From IMG/VR virus record IMGVR_UViG_3300012665_000795, positions 1 through 26,506 of that record: a stretch of DNA of 26,506 nucleotides, one strand, 5' to 3'. This stretch comes from a virus. Lineage: Duplodnaviria; Caudoviricetes. Each line of letters starts with the position of its first letter. Position 1 is the stretch's first letter. This document shows positions 23,692-26,506 of the stretch, piece after piece. The notes beneath the pieces were generated by a model. That model did no database searches. It saw nothing but the letters and a program-made list of their open reading frames with translations, and was not told the origin of the DNA. The position numbers and the translations under genes are program-made.

Positions 23692-23720
23692 TTGACAAAC
23701 GGCTTGACATGTCGTATACT
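23692..23720 (+). promoter_or_regulatory. Plus-strand (antisense/divergent) sigma70 promoter upstream of gp55
   Basis: TTGACA-AACGGCTTGACATGTCG(17)-TATACT on the plus strand. Confidence 0.6.
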
Positions 23721-23746
23721 GTCGGTGTTCCGTTTGAAATTAATAA

Positions 23747-24199
23747 TTAATGTAACCTGTTACTTCTCTTACGATGAACCATCTCCATCGCTTCTTTCTT
23801 AGTCAGAGTTTCTTCGTTCTCTTCCTCGATACCAAACTCATCGTCATCCTCATCATCGTTCAATGCTTCTTTCAGGTTATTAACGAGAGTGTCATCTCTT
23901 AAATTCTTCAACTGTTCCGTATTAATCATATTACCGTAGTACTCAACAAGAGCATCTTTTGGGTCTATCATGGTAAGAATATCAGAAGAATAAATTGTAG
24001 CCATGTTATCTTTAATCAATTCAATTGGTAACCATGGTAACATAACCATCATTGTACCTTGAGAAGTTCTCTTAAAGATAAGATGCATCGGATTATTCAA
24101 CATAACCATTTCTGATTCATCATCTTCTATGATACTTGCAATAATATCTTCTCCGCTTTGTAAACGGACTATCTTAACGCCTTGTATTAATTCATTCAT
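23747..24199 (-). CDS. Conserved T4-like hypothetical protein between uvsW and gp55
   Basis: KIVRLQSGEDII...PWLP, acidic C-terminus. Start moved to ATG 24199, overlapping the uvsW end. Confidence 0.8.
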   Translation of the reverse strand: MNELIQGVKIVRLQSGEDIIASIIEDDESEMVMLNNPMHLIFKRTSQGTMMVMLPWLPIELIKDNMATIYSSDILTMIDPKDALVEYYGNMINTEQLKNLRDDTLVNNLKEALNDDEDDDEFGIEEENEETLTKKEAMEMVHRKRSNRLH

Positions 24200-25655
24200 T
24201 TTTGAGTTTGATATTGTAGAATTTGTAATTGAATTTTTCATCATCGTATATTTTAACACGTTCCACAAAATGATGCAAGGTGTAGTTGGTAAATTTGCCT
24301 ATTCTGAAATCATCAGATATATCAAATAGAGTTGCCTCTTCTTTGTTGTCTCCCAATCTTAATCCTCTTCCTATGGATTGAAGATTACGAATTTTAGACT
24401 TTGAAGGAGAAGCAAAAATAATATTGTGTAAGTTGCGAATGTTAACGCCAGTAGAAAAGGTACCATAAGAAGCCACGATAATTGCGTCTTTTTCTTTTTC
24501 AGTAATTGCACGAACTGATTCCCGAACTTCAACATCGGTGCCACCAAAGACAAAGAATACATGCCTATTTTTTGCATGTTCTTTAATAAGTGCATGTAAC
24601 TCCTTGCCGTGTTTTTCAACGAATTGAAACAACACAAGTGTATTACCCTTTAAAGAGAACACCAAGTTTTTGATGAACTCATTTCTTGGCTTGCTTTTAA
24701 CTATGTATTCAAGTTCCGCATTATAGTCCCAATCTCTGGCTTGTTTGCATATTGCATCATCATATTTGAGAATCAAACACTTAATCTTAAATGCAGCAAG
24801 TTGTCCTTTTTCCATCAACTCTGCGGTAGATGTTGCTCTGTAAACAGGACCAAACAAACCTTCAAGTACAAGTTTATGTGTTTGTGTACCGTCAAGTGTA
24901 CCTGTTGTGCCAATACGATATCTTGCATTAGTACAACCTGATAGAATAGTTGTCAACGATTTGGCCTTAAATTGATGTGCCTCATCACCAAGAACAAAAT
25001 CGAATTGTTCAAAGTATTCTTTATCGTTTTTATAAATTGATTGCCATGTGGTAATAGTTAGAAACTTGTTTGTGTGTTTCTCTTTACCAGAGTATTGTCG
25101 ATGGCAGTATTGGTCTGAATCATAACCATAGTCACCAAAGTCTTTATACATTTGTTCAACCAAAGAAGTTGTTGGTACAATCAACAAACCTCTTTTAGTG
25201 TTCAGTTGTAAATGTCTTAGTATCAGATAGATGATTAAAGACTTACCAGATGCAGTAGGAGACAGTAGGAGAATTCGTCTATTACGAACTGCATGTACGA
25301 ATGACTTTAATTGATAGTCTCTTACTTCAAGTGGTATCTTTAATGTTGAGATGAATTGTTCTGCCTCAACAACAGAATAGTTTTCTGTGCAGTTAACATC
25401 GGCATCAATTTCTAATGTGTAATCACGTTCTTTACAGAATGTTTCAATGTAAGGAACAAGACCATGATAGATGGTAAAGTTTCTTAGGTCTGCAAGCCTA
25501 ATCTTACCATCCCATACCCGTGACTTAAATGCAGGAGTAAATTGATAACCAGGAACATAAAAAGTAAAGTAGTCACTCAACTCTTGTGCGACATTACGTT
25601 CACACTCAAATTGAATATATGCTTCGTCTTTTTTATGAAGTATTAAATCAGACAC
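24192..25655 (-). CDS. uvsW: UvsW SF2 DNA helicase
   Basis: WDGKIRL, SPTASGKS, DEAH, TGT and QSIGRGLR. Confidence 0.97.
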   Translation of the reverse strand: MSDLILHKKDEAYIQFECERNVAQELSDYFTFYVPGYQFTPAFKSRVWDGKIRLADLRNFTIYHGLVPYIETFCKERDYTLEIDADVNCTENYSVVEAEQFISTLKIPLEVRDYQLKSFVHAVRNRRILLLSPTASGKSLIIYLILRHLQLNTKRGLLIVPTTSLVEQMYKDFGDYGYDSDQYCHRQYSGKEKHTNKFLTITTWQSIYKNDKEYFEQFDFVLGDEAHQFKAKSLTTILSGCTNARYRIGTTGTLDGTQTHKLVLEGLFGPVYRATSTAELMEKGQLAAFKIKCLILKYDDAICKQARDWDYNAELEYIVKSKPRNEFIKNLVFSLKGNTLVLFQFVEKHGKELHALIKEHAKNRHVFFVFGGTDVEVRESVRAITEKEKDAIIVASYGTFSTGVNIRNLHNIIFASPSKSKIRNLQSIGRGLRLGDNKEEATLFDISDDFRIGKFTNYTLHHFVERVKIYDDEKFNYKFYNIKLKNE

Positions 25656-26082
25656 CTTGAATGAATCTTTCCCATGCTATAAAATCTCTCAACTGAAATG
25701 TACGAGAATTCAATTCTTTCAATATGCTTTGGCATACATCCACAACCTCATCATGTACTATTTTCTGAGCAATGTACTTGTTGATATCTTCATCACTCTC
25801 CAAGTATGTAGTAATGTCGGATTTGAGTACAAATGGAAATGGTTCCCATCCGTGTTTCTCTAGTTGGTCTTTGTCTAACTTACCTGTGTAGTATTCCCAC
25901 TTCAACTTCTTCATTTTGTTATACTTGAACTCAGCCTCTTTCGAAAGCAAACGATGCCTTGAAAGTATATTCAAATACTTACTGTGAAGTTGGGGTATGT
26001 TGATAAGTGCTTTGCCTGGTTCTGTTCTATCAATGACAGAATCGGCACGCCACATTTCCAATAAATCGTCAAGTTGTTTCAT
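25648..26082 (-). CDS. uvsY: UvsY recombination mediator
   Basis: W..DSVID...IPQLHSKY...KWEYYTGK...YLESDED...RTFQL...I.W.RF..G. Lies between gp3 and uvsW. Confidence 0.92.
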   Translation of the reverse strand: MKQLDDLLEMWRADSVIDRTEPGKALINIPQLHSKYLNILSRHRLLSKEAEFKYNKMKKLKWEYYTGKLDKDQLEKHGWEPFPFVLKSDITTYLESDEDINKYIAQKIVHDEVVDVCQSILKELNSRTFQLRDFIAWERFIQGV

Positions 26083-26105
26083 AATTAAAATCCTCCTATT
26101 TGCAG

Positions 26106-26134
26106 AGGATACACTACCAGAATTTAACTGTCAA
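26106..26134 (-). promoter_or_regulatory. sigma70-like promoter for uvsY-uvsW
   Basis: TTGACA-N17-TATCCT upstream of an AGGAGG SD. Confidence 0.7.
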
Positions 26135-26140
26135 GCCTGT

Positions 26141-26506
26141 TTAGAACAATTTTTCAATATCATAGTAACTGTACCTGAATGTTGCATCAGCACTCATTGT
26201 GGTATCAGGACTATCGGTTGCACTCAAAATGAATTGAGATACAGATGTTGGAAAACAATCGTAAAATTTAAACTTGTAATATGGTAAATTTGAAGATGAC
26301 AATACTGTTAATGATGCATCAGAGTATTGTGGTTTAGGTTTACTCATACCACCTGCAATACGATTCAATTGACCTAAACTTCTATATTCAGAGAAATCGG
26401 AAGGGAATGTCATTGCACGAATCCAATCGTGCATTTCTTTCCATGCCTGTAATTCTTCATCAATCAAAAATGTAACATTCAATATATCATAGATGGCCTT
26501 TTCACC
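26141..26506 (-). CDS. gp3: Tail completion/sheath stabiliser gp3 (3' part; 5' end lies beyond the window)
   Basis: Frame is open to the window end. VTFLIDEE...W...HDW, YSDASL.VL.S, F.DCFPTS and ATFRYSYY; gp3-uvsY-uvsW synteny. Confidence 0.85.
   Translation of the reverse strand, partial: GEKAIYDILNVTFLIDEELQAWKEMHDWIRAMTFPSDFSEYRSLGQLNRIAGGMSKPKPQYSDASLTVLSSSNLPYYKFKFYDCFPTSVSQFILSATDSPDTTMSADATFRYSYYDIEKLF

Overview
A 26.5-kb replication/recombination segment of a T4-like myophage with cyanophage/pelagiphage-type gene order, probably aquatic. Every supported gene is on the minus strand. In transcription order the core is gp3-uvsY-uvsW-hyp-gp55-gp47-gp46 ... gp45-gp44-gp62-regA-hsp20 ... 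gp43 ... uvsX. Accessory genes are interspersed: peptide deformylase, a DUF4338 (DruA/Mom-like GNAT) protein, a CobT-like peptidase-VWA plus CobS/MoxR AAA pair, a DUF262-HNH nuclease, a wHTH protein, a GT-A glycosyltransferase, a dATP/dGTP diphosphohydrolase, dCMP deaminase, a cytidyltransferase, a MazG-like enzyme, rubrerythrin plus rubredoxin, and a 2OG-Fe(II) hydroxylase. The most striking signal is a 63-nt minimised tRNA-Gly-like RNA with its own perfect sigma70 promoter, directly downstream of the Mom-like DUF4338 gene. This is a candidate dedicated glycyl-donor RNA for tRNA-dependent modification. Other highlights are an H-type pseudoknot leader, a ROSE-like thermometer on hsp20, a shared GTTG-N8-CAAC operator on the cobT and cobS promoters, a membrane protein carrying the polymerase's clamp-binding peptide, an SSB-tail mimic on the AAA ATPase, and an antisense promoter upstream of gp55. 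All family calls come from motif recognition by eye; no database searches were run.
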